Assembly (NCBI RefSeq): GCF_963676685.1
Contig: NC_092344.1
Coordinates: 104,594,001-104,658,000 of the forward strand
From: Mytilus edulis
Taxonomy: Eukaryota
Reading direction: 5' to 3'
Length of the DNA: 64,000 bases
Position numbers and translations under genes: made by a program. Shown one piece after another: positions 50,018 to 63,042 of this stretch (position 1 is its first letter; each line of letters starts with the position of its first letter). Below the pieces are notes generated by a model that saw nothing but the letters and a program-made list of their open reading frames with translations, was not told the origin of the DNA and ran no database searches.

Positions 50018-50530
50018 CAAGAGGGGCGAAAGATACTAGAGGGACAGTCAAACTCATAGATTGAAAACAAGAATGTGTCCAAAGTACACGGATGCCCCAC
50101 TCGCATTATCATTTTCCATGTTCAATGGACCGTGAAATTGGGCAAAAAATCTTTTTTGGCCTTGAAAGTAAAAAGATCAACTAATAAGGAACATGTGTAC
50201 TAAGTTTCAAGTTGATTGGACTTCAGCTTCATCAAAAACTACCTTGACCAAAAACTTTAACCTGAAGTGGGACGAACGGAAGAACGGACGAACGGACGAA
50301 CGGAGTCACAGACGGACGGAGGCACAGACCAGAAAACATAATACCCCTCTACTATCGTAGGTGGGGCATAATAAACTGACAACTCTGTGGCTAAAAAATA
50401 AAAAAGACAAACAAATAAATAATAGTACATAAGACACAACATAGAAGACAAAAAACAAAGCAACGCGAACCCCACCAAAAACTGGGGGTGGTCTCATGTG
50501 CTCCGGAAGGGTTAGCAGATCCTGCTCCTC
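50018..50530 (-). mobile_element. PLE tail fragment interrupted by a Helentron-associated (HINE/DINE-like) element at 50067-50371
   Basis: The PLE sequence GAAAA|TAAACTGAC is split by an insert with a GGAC/GAAC microsatellite core and a CCCCTCTACTATCGTAGGTGGGG hairpin end. No TSD; A-run target. Confidence 0.75.
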
Positions 50531-51193
50531 AAGCTTCATGCATTTCTGAGATTCTACACATTGTGAAATATGTGTTTGCATATCTTTTTGTAATTGTTAA
50601 TTCGTTGTTGTCAAGCTTGCGACGACAAACACGAAAGCAAAACATAATATGTCATTGTTTTTGTCTTTAAGATTTTTTTTATACATTGATAACTTTGTTA
50701 AAACTCCATTGCATTATACGAAAATCGGATACATGCTTCATCGTGATTGAACAACATTTTGAATTTTTCTATTCTTCATTTTCTATATTTTATTGGTAAA
50801 TGGAATTTATCTATTTATTGCAATTAACAGTTAAATACGGTCTCAGAACAATTTGATTTTCAGAAATCAGTAACTTTTCCATACTTTCATGGAATTTTAC
50901 AAATGATAGAACTTTCTTCATGATCAACAAACAGTTTCCAGTCAAACTGAGAGCAGCAAAAATTTTAGATAACCAACCGTTTCACGATATTAAGAAGTGT
51001 ACAAAACGCATGTAGACTGACTTTTAGAATGAATTTATTTAATTTCCTGGCGGGCAACACCAATACATCATGCCCATATTGATCTCCAGTGTTGTTCACA
51101 ATACATTGAGATGTTGCAAGTTTAATTGTGACGTCATGCAAGTGCAATCCGTGTTTTATTCAAATAAGGACAGGGCTTTGTTTTTTAAGACAA

Positions 51194-51466
51194 AACAAGA
51201 ACCTTCCCGTAGTACACGGATGTCAAAGTCGCACTGTCCTTTTCTAATTGGGATAAAAATTCTTATTTGGCATTAAAACTAGAAAGATCATAAGATAGGG
51301 AACATGGGTACTAAGTTTTAAGTTGTTCGGACTTCAACTTTATTAAAAACTACCTTGAACAAAAACTTCAACCTGAAGCGGGACAGCGGACGGACGAACG
51401 AACGAAAGAACGGACACACAGACCAGAAAAAATAATGCCCCTCTACTATCGTAGGTGGGACATAAA
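51194..51466. mobile_element. Second HINE/DINE-like copy
   Basis: Colinear with 50067-50371, with the same hairpin end and microsatellite core. Confidence 0.75.
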
Positions 51467-51560
51467 AAGAGCGCGATATTAAAACATTTCATTTGGCACC
51501 CTATATCAATCATTTGAAAATGTTTTAATTTGATGTTCATAGATCTATGTATAATTGCTG

Positions 51561-54500
51561 CTATATCTGAGTAATTAGTACACCCTTTACATCGTTTTCA
51601 CTAGATGGAACCTGAATATCAACCTTTTCAATCACTAATTCCTTCTGTATTGTTGTTGAATCGAAACAAGAAACAAATCTACAATAAAACAGACATGAAC
51701 TACATTAATCATTGTTTTTCAACGTCCAAAAATAAATATTTAATATTTTCAGAACATAAAAAAGTTCAACAATAGAATAATTAAAGCATAGATGTCTTTT
51801 CCTGTTTAAATTGTTTTACACTAGTTATTATGGTGCCATTTATAGCTTGCTGTACGGTGTGAGCCAACTTGAAGGTTCAGTGTTGAAAGCCGTACTTTGA
51901 CCTATAATTGTTCTACCGACAAAATCTCAAAGATTCATTTTTTTTTCTGAAAATTATAACATGCATTTATATATAATAACTTTATTAACGTATAATTTAA
52001 TTTTAGATGTAACGCGTCTTCTGATTGGCTGACTTTATTTTGTTATGAGCCCATAGACATAATTTAGTCATGTGACCGTGACGTCATCAACGTTTTTTTT
52101 ATGGTTTTCTACGGTTAAAATGGAATTAAAAATTAAATTATAAGAAATGACTGTAATATTTTTTCTGTCTATTCGAAATAACATAAAAAATGTGGTGCAC
52201 ACTGTTAAATAACCCGTTACGCGCGTTATTCAGTGTGCACCAAATTTTTAATGTTATTTCTTCAATGACAGAAAAAAATATTACAGTCATTCCTTAATTA
52301 ATCTTCATACTTTAAATTTTCAAAATATAAAGTTACAGCGCCATTCAACTACAAAAATCTTATTTCAACACACACTTCTATCGACATAACAATGATGTGA
52401 TAGTTAAAATAAATCATTTTATAATTACCCCATTAATATGAGACCGCTAACTGGAAAGCCGGCCATTATAAAAAATATGAATCCCCTGTACACGGTCAAA
52501 GTTTGTCTATATATATTATTAAATGTAGTTGATCCTGATAATACACTCAATACTTCAAACAAATACACATTGGAAAACATCACCCCTTTAATAAAAAAAA
52601 ACAGCAATTAAATACATAAATTATTTTTTTTATATATGTATATTCAGTGAGTCAAATACACTCCATGACCCACAATATTTCATATATTCATTTGACATCT
52701 AATTTAATTTTCGCAAGAACTGATAGAGTCGAGTGGTCTAATGCAGTGGACACAATATATACAGGCCACTATGTCTGAGATGCATGGGTTTGAACCCCGA
52801 TGAGGGAACAAGGGAAAAAAATCATTTGAGTTTGTCATTGCTCACTGCACTTTTGGTATATTTCTATTTTCAAAATTTTATGTTAACTTTTATTTAAAGT
52901 TTTGATATACATGCCTTCTGCCATTGTGGTGTATGGTCAGTCTAAGAAAGCCGAAAAACAAATGAGTTCGAATATTCTATTATGCTTCAGTTTCCGATGA
53001 CAGAAAAATATGATTTGTAATATGAAGTATGAAATACTAGGTTTAATATTATAATTCAAGAAAACAATAGTTAATTAGTGCTTTGCTGATGATTGTTGAC
53101 AAGAAGAAATTAAAAAAAAAAACACAATCTAATAAGTGCAAGTTCTTTGCTCAATGACTAAACTGAGATTTTCATAGGAAATAGTTGAGCCAACTTAAAA
53201 AGTATACTAGAAATCTATGAAATGTAACGCTATAATTGTGTTTTATTCCTTAGAATTTCTTTTTTAAACACAATACGGGACGGACAAATCAACGTTCTAT
53301 ACAACCAGGTTTAATCCACCATTTTCTACATAAGAAAATGCATGTACCAAGTCAGGAATATGACAGTTGTTATCCAAAAGACCAAAGAGAGAGATGCAGA
53401 AATTGAAGATGTCCGTGAATTTACATATCTTGGAAGTGTAACCAGTATATCAGGTGGGACAGATGAAGACATCCAATCAAGAAAAAGAAAAGCTCAACAA
53501 GCCTTTAGTATCCTAAAACCAGTCTGGAAGAGCAAAGCGCTCAGAACGAACACCAAAATCAGGATCTTCAACTCAAATGTAAAGTCTATTCTTTTTTATG
53601 GGTCAGAAACTTGGAGACTGACAAATGCATCTACAAAAACGTTACAAGTTTTCATGAACAGATGCCTAAGAAACATCATTGGAATCAAGTGGCCAAACAC
53701 AATCAGCAACAAAGAACTGTGGAAAAGGACAAGACAAGAACCAATAGAAAGAACGATAACAACACGAAGATGGAAATGGATTGGACACACTCTACGTAAA
53801 AGCAACACAAATGTAACTAGGCAGGCGCTAGATTGGAATCCCCATGGCCATCGTAAAAGAGGGCGACCAAAATTAAGTCAAGTAAGTATCCATTCGTTTG
53901 ATGTGTATCCATTCGTTTGATGTGTATCCATTCGTTTGATGTGTATCCATTCGTTTGATGTGTATTCATTCGTTTGGAGTGTATCCATTCGTTTGATGTG
54001 TATCCATTCGTTTGATGTGTTTCAGCTTTGATTTTGCCATTTGATTATATACTTTCCGTTTTGAATTTTCCTTGAAGTTCAGTATTTTTGTGATTTTTAA
54101 AAACTTTTTTTGAGAATAACATACCTTATTTGGTTATTTAGAGACCCATTTGATATGATAGATAACAAAAAAATAGTCTACTAGACTTAACCTAGACTTA
54201 CCCTGTTTGGTTGGATTAACCTTTCGTGAGAGTGTCGCTTTTAGTAATGGAATGCACAAAACTCGAAATATTGCAGCAAACCCAGCTGTAATGGTGATAA
54301 CATGAAATATTAATTAAGGTGTAAACATTGCAACTCATAAAAATATAAACTGAATTAGACACCTGTTTTAGGATTCTACAGTGCAATTTTTTTAAAAGAT
54401 GAGATGGTGCATTTTTTTTTTTTTTTTTTTTTTGTCGTTGGGATAGATTCTGTTAATTGTACTTCCAAAAAAAACAATTAACTTTTACATGACAGCAATT

Positions 54501-55714
54501 ATTGATAGGTAAAGCATACTTAGGAATGGTAATGCATGAACTTTTCACAGAAATAGTTTAGACTTACCTCCATATACCATCCAGTCGTTGTTAGAAAATC
54601 CCATTAGTATTAGATAGGCAATTGAGGACAACATGGCAAACACTATAATGATTTCATCTTTTAACCAAACACAACACGAGTGCATAATCTTCAACATTGT
54701 GGTTCCCCCAATATATTTCACAAAATCTACTCCTGCATTGTACCAACCGATATGTTCTGATGTCCAGCAAAATGGTTCGCCTAATAGGAACAACGTTAGT
54801 ATAGAAGAAATAGAAGTATATGGAAATATAACCAGAAGTAGTATAAATAGATTAGCGATAAAATATCCTAACTTATTACTTACGTGTTGTCTCTTAAAAC
54901 ATAATGTAAAATTTTTAATTGGTAATTTGAAAACAGATGTTTTTGATTTGTCTTTCGGTGGTTTCCATGTCTCTTCCAAAGTACAAAAAATCAGAATAGG
55001 AAGAATTAAAAGCAATCCACTTGAAACCAGGTACGGATATGTAAATCCAAGCAATTGAATTAGGTATCCAGTTCCTATATTAGAACAGATTGCTCCCAAT
55101 CCTAGGAGAGCATCGTATATCATCATCATTAAAGATCTATCATTACCCAGCGTAGTTGTGTCTGCAATGATTGCGTGATTAATAAGATTGAACGCAAGAG
55201 GGGTACCAGCAAGACCCTCTATCGCACTAGCAGCTACGTAATACTGCAAAGGAAATCTTCCATATACAACTATAGTCTTCAAAACAAATGATATAAAAAC
55301 CATCACTGTATTATATAATAAAAGTGGCTTTCGGCCAATTCTGTCAGTCAATGGTCCGATATAGAATAAAACCGGAAATGCAACTCCATATTCCGCTAAT
55401 GATATGTACCATGTCCAAGAAGATGCTTGTTCTCGAGACTCGTCTGCAGATGATGAACTTTTGTTAAAGCAATTGTTTTGATGATTGCTAGAAATGTTGT
55501 TATGAATATCAACAGAAGTGTTGTTAGATTCGAGTGCATTTTCTAGATACGAATATATATACTGAGGTTGAGTTAATCCAGCGAATTCTATAGCAAAATA
55601 ATTAATCATGACAAATAACGATAATTTTGCTTTGGTGTATTCCGATTTATGCGAATTTTTCTTTTGCTGCAAAGAGCTATTATCCCTCTTTATAAGTGGA
55701 ACTCTCTCGTCCAT
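51561..55714 (-). CDS. SLC46-like MFS transporter, paralog D (intact, ~501 aa)
   Basis: Exons 55714-54568, 54285-54202, 52585-52429, 51678-51561. Motifs [16 protein letters not shown] and [12 protein letters not shown]. Ends ITQI*. Confidence 0.9.
51991..52296. mobile_element. Palindrome-ended non-autonomous element (same architecture as 23915-24640)
   Basis: A 14-bp inverted pair at 51991-52004/52129-52142 abuts a 156-bp hairpin at 52141-52296. Confidence 0.65.
52716..52808 (+). mobile_element. tRNA-derived SINE head (degenerate)
   Basis: A-box-like TAGAGTCGAGTGG and B-box-like GGTTTGAACCC, but no intact cloverleaf. Confidence 0.45.
53377..53886 (+). mobile_element. RTE-clade LINE 3' fragment inserted in another repeat
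   Basis: Reads FTYLGS...KA...F..L...W...TKIRIF...LFYGSETW...RWKWIGH...RKRGRPK. It has an AAGTCAAGTAAG tail and TATCCA at both junctions. Confidence 0.9.
53886..54018. repeat. 19-bp tandem repeat x7 (GTATCCATTCGTTTGATGT)
   Basis: Directly visible; the fifth copy is diverged. Confidence 0.95.
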
Positions 55715-56678
55715 TTCGTTTGATCATCTGTTACATGTATCAAATATGTATAATCTATTTATGATAAAACCATGATTAAAGTTTGTTTGTATAATGCAAT
55801 ATAAAATTGACCAATTATGAATCAATGTAATTCAACAATCACCGTACGGTATACAAAAGTAGTTTATCCACATAAAAAACTCTTTGTTTTACATACAATG
55901 TATATATATATGAGTCCAAATCTATTTGGGAAAGGAAAGGCCTTCTGTCATAATAAGCATTTTTCTAAAAAAAAAACCGCTGTAAAGTATATGGTGCATA
56001 GACTAATACATATAAGAAGATGTGGTATGAGTTTAAAGAGACAACTCTCCATCCAAGTCACAATTTGTAAAAGTTTACCGTTATAGGTCAAAGTACTTTC
56101 TTCAACACGGAGTGTATGTTTTAGATTACCATAATTTCTGAATTTCGAATACACGCTTAAATCGTTCTGTTGTTAAAATATAAGCCATCTTTTCATTCTT
56201 AAACATAACACGACATTTTGAACTATTCGGATTATCATTTTTTGTTTTAAAGAAACTATATACATCGTGTTGTGAGTATAACATTTTGCCTCTGGATTGT
56301 TGATATTTTGATATACGGTGTGTACAACAATATACAGCATATCTTTGTGGGAATTATCTGTTTCATACATGTATATCATAATAGGTTAAGATAAATGATA
56401 CACTAAACTGTCCCATATAAATATATAAATAGAGCTCACATGACTATTATATAACATAAAAATGTGTGTAGTGTACCCGTGTGGCACCTTTAAAGTCCAC
56501 AATTCCTCTAAAGTCCATAACACCGCTAAAGTCCACAACAAAAATCTGTAAAGTTGATAAGGTACATTTAAATGTTGTGTATAAATTTTCATATTATACA
56601 CATGATACAATAGTTGTAAATAAATAAATCCCACCTAGTTTTTGTATCGACAGAGGGTCTTACTGCCCAATGTGTGTG

Positions 56679-56713
56679 CAGGGACTTTCTATAACTAGTA
56701 TAAAAAGTCCCTG
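56679..56713. mobile_element. 35-bp palindromic micro-element with a 7-bp TSD
   Basis: GTGTGTG|CAGGGACTTTCTATA-ACTAG-TATAAAAAGTCCCTG|GTGTGTG. Confidence 0.7.
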
Positions 56714-58404
56714 GTGTGTGCAGGTGTGTTTATGGAGATGGGTGGAAATGTGGATTTTTTATTGGGACTGACGTTTGGAACTTTTTACCCCTACTCTTTG
56801 TTTAATTTCAAGACGTTTATATACGGGATTTTTTGCATAAGTTATATTGGTCATCATTTGATATAAGCTTCCTAAAAGCTAATGTTTATATTGTCAATTT
56901 CCAAAGATATGTTGTTTCGTCGCTGCCTTTATGACACAATCCTGGCAAAAAGTGACGGTTCCATTCTCATTTGCGTTCCCATAATTCACAAAATTAACTT
57001 ATTTCTGTAGAATTTTCAGGTTAATCGGTTATTTTTACAGACTGTTGTTCTTTTGCTTCACAGAATCGAGATACAGCTTGATTTATGTCCAAAGACAAAT
57101 ATAAATATAGTAAGATGTGATATTATTGCCCATGAGGCAACTCTCCAACAAAAACCAAATGAGAAAGAAGTTATCAAATATAGCTAAAAGTCATCACGAC
57201 CGTACGATTTTAAAAATGAACAAAACCCATACACATAAAGATATAAAAAGCCTAAAAGAAACAAATGTTAAATAAGTTGAACAAAAAATGCGGTCTAATT
57301 TATGTACAAAAAAAATCGAAAAACAAACATGATATAAATACAACAAGCGATAACCGCATATTTAGAGCGATATTCCATGTATTTTACTTTTTATTTATAT
57401 AAACACGCGAAGACAATTAAAATAACTAACGAAGTTTTAATATTTTTAGAGTTTTTTCACACAAGTGCAACCCTTACAGTTTTGGTAGTTTTGAGAGTGT
57501 TTTTTTTTTTTTGTGGACACTTGCTAATTTTTCTAACCTTTATTCTTTTGATTATGTCATTGTCTGTCATTCTTTGAGTCATGATTTTCACTCTTTTTAA
57601 AATAACATTTCTTGTAATCAGAAACATGATTTCTAAAAGCTTTGCTAACGAAACTTTACTTTGCACGAGGTGAGACATTCAAGTATACCATAGTCCTAAC
57701 ATATCCTAGGCTCTAGAACAAACAAGTGCATTTACAACAACAAATGACGTTGAGATCGGTCTGAGTCAAATTTTTGCGTACTATATCTTTCAGACATTCC
57801 CTTCAACGCCAAATACGTCATTATCGTAGATTCATATACGAACAAATACGAAACTTATTTCTATTAAACTCATCACTGAATGTTTTTTGTTTTTGACTTA
57901 CTATATCCTCGGGGTTTTTTCTACATTTAACGTTCATGACAATCATCATCTGGAGATTAAAAAAATAATGTCTCCTAGATACGCTTACATTGTGTGTTGT
58001 TGCTGCTTTAATCTTTCCATAAGTTCAGCAGCTGATATTACAGTATAGAACTTTATGATCTCATTGCAGCAGATTTAGTTATTATATATGTAGCTTCTAT
58101 CTGTTTCGATATGTTATTGTTTAATTTTTCACAAATTTTACTGTGTTTAAAGGCAACAAAAGTTTTTGATATGCTTGTCAGAAACTTCGCTAGCGTTTTT
58201 CAAGTAAGATATTTCATAATGATTTTGTCATTTAGAGAATTTCTTGTTGATAGCAGATCTGTTGTGGCCTCAGTTAGTCCCGAATCGGATTAGGTCACAA
58301 CTTTTTTAGACTCTGAGCCCTTAAGAACTTTACATCTTGTATAGAATCTCGTCTAATGATGAAAATCGCACCTTCACTTCTTGGTGTTTTTATTTTGAAA
58401 ACAA

Positions 58405-58722
58405 ACATTGTTTAACCCCGCCACATTATGTATGTATGTGCCGGTCCCAAGTCAGGAAACTGTTATTCAGTGGTTGTCGTTTGTTTATGTGTTACATATT
58501 TGTTTTTCGTTCATTTTTTGTACATAAATAAGGCCATTAGTTTTCTCGTTTGAATTGTTAAAACATTGTCATTTCGGGGCCTTTTATAGCTGACTATGCA
58601 GTATGGGCTTTGCTCATTGTTGAAGGCCGTACGGTGACCTATATTTTTTAATTTCTGTGTCATCTTGGTCTCTTGTGGAAACTTGTCTCATTGGCAATCA
58701 CACCACATCTTCTTTTTTTTAT
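58405..58722 (+). mobile_element. High-copy interspersed repeat family
   Basis: Ends TTGTCTCATTGGCAATCACACCACATCTTCTT. Related copies lie at 31803-31977 and, in reverse orientation, near 4095, 9605, 56012 and 57110. Confidence 0.75.
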
Positions 58723-59836
58723 ATTGTGATCCATCTTTTTTTTATATTGTGATCCATCTTATTAAGATATCCTCTTCCTAAATGTATATTATAATTGAGT
58801 ACCTATGGTTCGTGTAATTCATATATCTTTGATTTTAACTCAAATCAGAAATATTCTCTTTTTCTAGGGAAAAAGATTCAAATCATATATATCCGTGAAA
58901 CAATTTGACTGAAACCCATATTTTAAAATCAGACCATCTAGATTTAAATCAGGAATATTTTGATGTGATTCATAACTTGCATGTTGTCATTAAACATCAG
59001 ATTAAAAAAAATGTATATGCATCAAAGCTATAACTGGAACTAGCTGGTACTTTCAGTTACTTCATATGAAAAACTTCCTTCATCTAGAAGCTTTCCAATA
59101 AATAAATAAAAAGGAGTATACTGGAGACAGTAACTAAATTACATAAATAGCAAAATAACACATACAGATCAACATACAGCTTCAACAATTGACAGGCCAT
59201 TTAATTACATATTGGTAAAAGACCTTTCCAATGATCAATATAAGAATAAAAGACAGGGTTATACTTAGAAGGGGCAGTAATTAAATTACACAAATAACAA
59301 AAGAAAAATACAGTTCAACATACAGCTCTAGCAAAATACATTTCATTTAAGAACTTCCCAATATAAGGATAAGAAGATGTGATATGTAAACCATATCTTG
59401 TTGCATGAACATATAGGAACATTTCCTATAAAAACTCATTCAGATAACTAGACCTGCTTCTAGTAATTACTCATCACAGAAAAGCTATTGCAAAGTTTGT
59501 TGTCAATACGTTCAAGTTCAATGTAAACAGGTCTACAAGTTATTTGCTTTCTCATTTATACATTGCTTTAATACATAACAATAGTGTTGGTACCCTATAA
59601 TCTATTAATAAAGAGGAAGTCACATAGAACCATTAACTAATGACAATTAATGAGTATTCTGATAATGATGACAATATTTCTCACATACATTAGACTCAAT
59701 TTGTTATTATTGTTGGAGATCACACAATGAATTTCAATTGTTAACATTCGAGAAGAAGTGCAATTTCAAGACCATCGAATTTATATCTCTTTAAAAGAAT
59801 AAGATCTGTATACTTTGTCTTTTTGTTATAAGGGTT

Positions 59837-62800
59837 TTAGACGTTTGATTCTCTACCGTCCACGTCTTTGATGGCTGGTTTTTCGATACCGTCCACGTCT
59901 TGGATGGCTGGTTTCTCAATTATGAGTTCATTGGTTTTCTTGGTCGTTTTTAAGCATACCGTATACCTGAAATGAAAGGTATATCAGTTAAGAACACAGT
60001 AAAAGTACATGTATTACTTAAAATTAGTAAACTATTCAACTATTCACAACAATTTTTCTTGGAAAATAAAATTATTTTGTTTACGACCTTTGTTTTCGTT
60101 TCGTGGTGTGATGCATGTGTGTGTGTGTGTTTTTTTTTTCTTTCTTCTGTTGTTTTGGCCATATAACTATAAAAAAAAAAATGGTTTCTAGATACGGTAG
60201 TCTACATTCTAATTATATCATTTACGATGATAATCTACATCGAAACGATTCATATTTGTGCATTTTTTGCATAGTTGCTAAAGATTGAGATCATATTGCA
60301 TGTGAAGACAGACTTAAAAAACACACCAAAAACAAGCAAACAGACAAAGAAGAGAGAGTGTATGATTTTTATTACTTACATCATTAAAATGAAGGCAGCA
60401 AAAACAAAGCCCGCCATAGTGAAGAATACAAATCCATTATATAATGACAAAGTATGGTGATAGATGTTGTTAAACAGTGTGGCTCCTCCTATTCTTAGTA
60501 ATGTTTCCATCACGTGAATGGAGGAATACAGTACTCCTGTAACAAAAAAAATAAACAAAAAAAAATCAAACAGCATATATTTACACAAATGATATCGGAT
60601 ATGTTCCTTACGTCGTAACTACAATCCCTTTCCCTTTCATGAATGTGACCTACCGAATTAGACTATTTACCGGATTTGTAATCACATAAGCAACACGACG
60701 GGTGCCACATGTGGAGCAGGATCTGCTTACCCTTCCGGAGCACCTGAGATCACCCCTAGTTTTTGGTGGGGTTCGTGTTGTTTATTCTTTAGTTTTCTAT
60801 GTTGTGTCATTTGTACTATTGTTTTTCTGTTTGTCTTTTTCATTTTTAGCCATGGCGTTGTCAGTTTATTTTAGATTTATGAGTTTGACTGTCCCTTTGG
60901 TATCTTTCGTCCCTCTTTTACGTAAACTGATGAACATATTCAGTGGTGAGCGGCTTAAACCCATTGATGACATTGCGCTGTTTTTTGCTCTTTTGTCGGG
61001 TTGTTGTCTCTTTGACACATTTCCCGTTTCCATTCGCAATTTAAATTTATTGGATATGCGTGTGTGGTTGATATAGTGACCGTCTCTTAGGAACTAATCT
61101 CTGTAAACTGTTTCGATGATTATTATTTAAGTAAAAGTTAAATACATGTATATATATTATATATTACCTTTACTTGTATATAATTTGATGGCACGTCATA
61201 CTGTTTGTTTGCTTTATATTATCGTGCTTTTTTTCATCGAAAAATGGATTTTTAAAAGTTTTTTCTTCTTCAAATCCCTTATTTGACTGTTATGTATAAC
61301 TGTTATAAAATAGTTTTCCATCGCAATAAATTTACTAGTGAAAGCTGTTTATTAAAAATGATGCTGTATAAAACCTATAGTAATCACGATAACCAACCTT
61401 GCTTGTCTTTGTGTACCATCTCGGACAAGAGTGCTCTAATTAAAGACACTGGTAGAACTCGAATAACTCCTGTTCCTATTGCTGAAATGTGAAAATATGT
61501 CAATTAAGCTTGATTATTTAAAATTGCTGAAAAATGTAAACTCACTTCATGGTAATTAGTGAACTACAACTTTTCAGTTAACGTTTATACAAACTGCAGA
61601 AACTTCAAAAATACCTGTACCAAGTCAGGAATATGACAGTTGTTAGCCATTCGTTTGGTGTGTTTGAGCTTTTAATTTTGCAATCGATTATGGGCTTTCC
61701 GTCTTGAATTTTCCTTAGCGTTCGGTAATTTTGTGATTTTTCTTTTTGAAATGAAATAAAAATTGTAAAAAAATAAAATACAACATATAGAACATAAATT
61801 ACCTCCGTATAATATCCATTGATTTTTCGATAGCCCATACACGATATACGTTGACATACAGGATAGAATTCCAAAGACTGCGATTACTCGGTCGGTCAAC
61901 CCGACGCAACAAGAATGAAATGTCTTTAGTATGAGTGTTCCACATATAAACATGACAAAGTCAGATCCTGCTCCATACCACCCAATGTGTTCAGAGGTCC
62001 AACAAAACGGGGTTCCCAACTGAAATATAGTTCTTATTGCACTAACCACACAATGTGGGAAATAAAAAAGGCAATATGCGACGAAATATATGATAAATTT
62101 GGTTATATTAACTAGTTTACTCATATTTTCAGGCTTAAAGCAGAATGAAAATAATTCAAACGGAATCTTAAGCCATTTTATTTTAGTTTTCTTGTCTGGT
62201 GGTATCCAAGAATCTGCAAGTGTTAATTGTACTAAAACACACAGGAACAGAAACATGCCTGAGGTAATTATATATGGATCTGTAAAACCTATTAGTTGTA
62301 TTAAGTACCCGGTACCTATTTGAAAGCTAACAGAGCCAACGGCAGATAAAGCATCGTATACTGTCATCATTAAAGATCTATCTTTTCCCTCTGAGGTTAC
62401 ATCTGCAAGAATAGCGAAGTTTGTTATTTGATATGTATAAAACGATCCTGCAAGCCCTAATATTCCACATGCAATGGTATAATAATATAAATTCATGTTT
62501 CTATACACGATTACTGTTTTAAGAATAAATGAAACGAGTGTGATAACTAAATTCCACATCAAAACAGGTTTCCGTCCAATTTTATCAGCGATTGGTCCTG
62601 CGAAAACTACGATTGGAAATGAAACACCCGCTTCAGCAATTTGCATGTACCATGACCAGTCTGATGCTAATTGTTGTAGTTGGTCGTCTGATGATGTTGA
62701 ATTGGCATCACACGTCTTAAAGTTTTCAGTAGAATTATTCTGTGTTTCATCACGGGTGTCATTTAAAGAATAATTATTTTTTATGTATGAATAAGTAAAT

Positions 62801-63042
62801 TGTGGTTCGATTGTTGTGGTCACAGTAATCGCACAGTTGTAAATTAATGCATACATCATCACTTTCATTCTTGTACTCATACATTGTGTGTATGTTTTCT
62901 CCTTAACTAATAGAACTTCCTTTTCATATGTTTTATCCTTGGCCAATAGAACTTCCTTTTCATATGTTTTATCCTTGGCCAATAGAACTTCCTTTTCATA
63001 TGTGTTATCCTTGGCCAATAGACCTTCTTTTTCATCGTCCAT
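59837..63042 (-). CDS. SLC46-like MFS transporter, paralog E (intact, ~536 aa)
   Basis: Exons 63042-61803, 61481-61398, 60536-60380, 59966-59837. Motifs GPIADKIGRK and [12 protein letters not shown]. Ends ESNV*. Confidence 0.9.
60583..60920 (+). mobile_element. Young Penelope-like 3' end in intron 2 of paralog E
   Basis: Near-identical to 28185-28520. Confidence 0.92.
62891..63034 (-). repeat. 36-bp coding tandem repeat x4 (EKEVLLAKDKTY)
   Basis: Units start at 62891, 62927, 62963 and 62999. Confidence 0.95.

Noticed and set aside
52716-52808. Functional tRNA gene
   Set aside because: Only A/B-box-like motifs are present; no acceptor or anticodon stems could be folded.
53342-53920. 192-aa host gene
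   Set aside because: It is a chimera of a repeat-derived ATG and an RTE LINE fragment.
54633-55058. Plus-strand ORFs overlapping SLC46 exons (also 33800, 38931, 46110, 46329, 62090, 62495) and 18057
   Set aside because: These are antisense shadows of real coding exons.
61672-61802. C-terminal part of the 456-aa ORF and similar tails of the other SLC46 and SLC6 ORFs
   Set aside because: This is read-through past GT donors into introns; homology continues in downstream exons.
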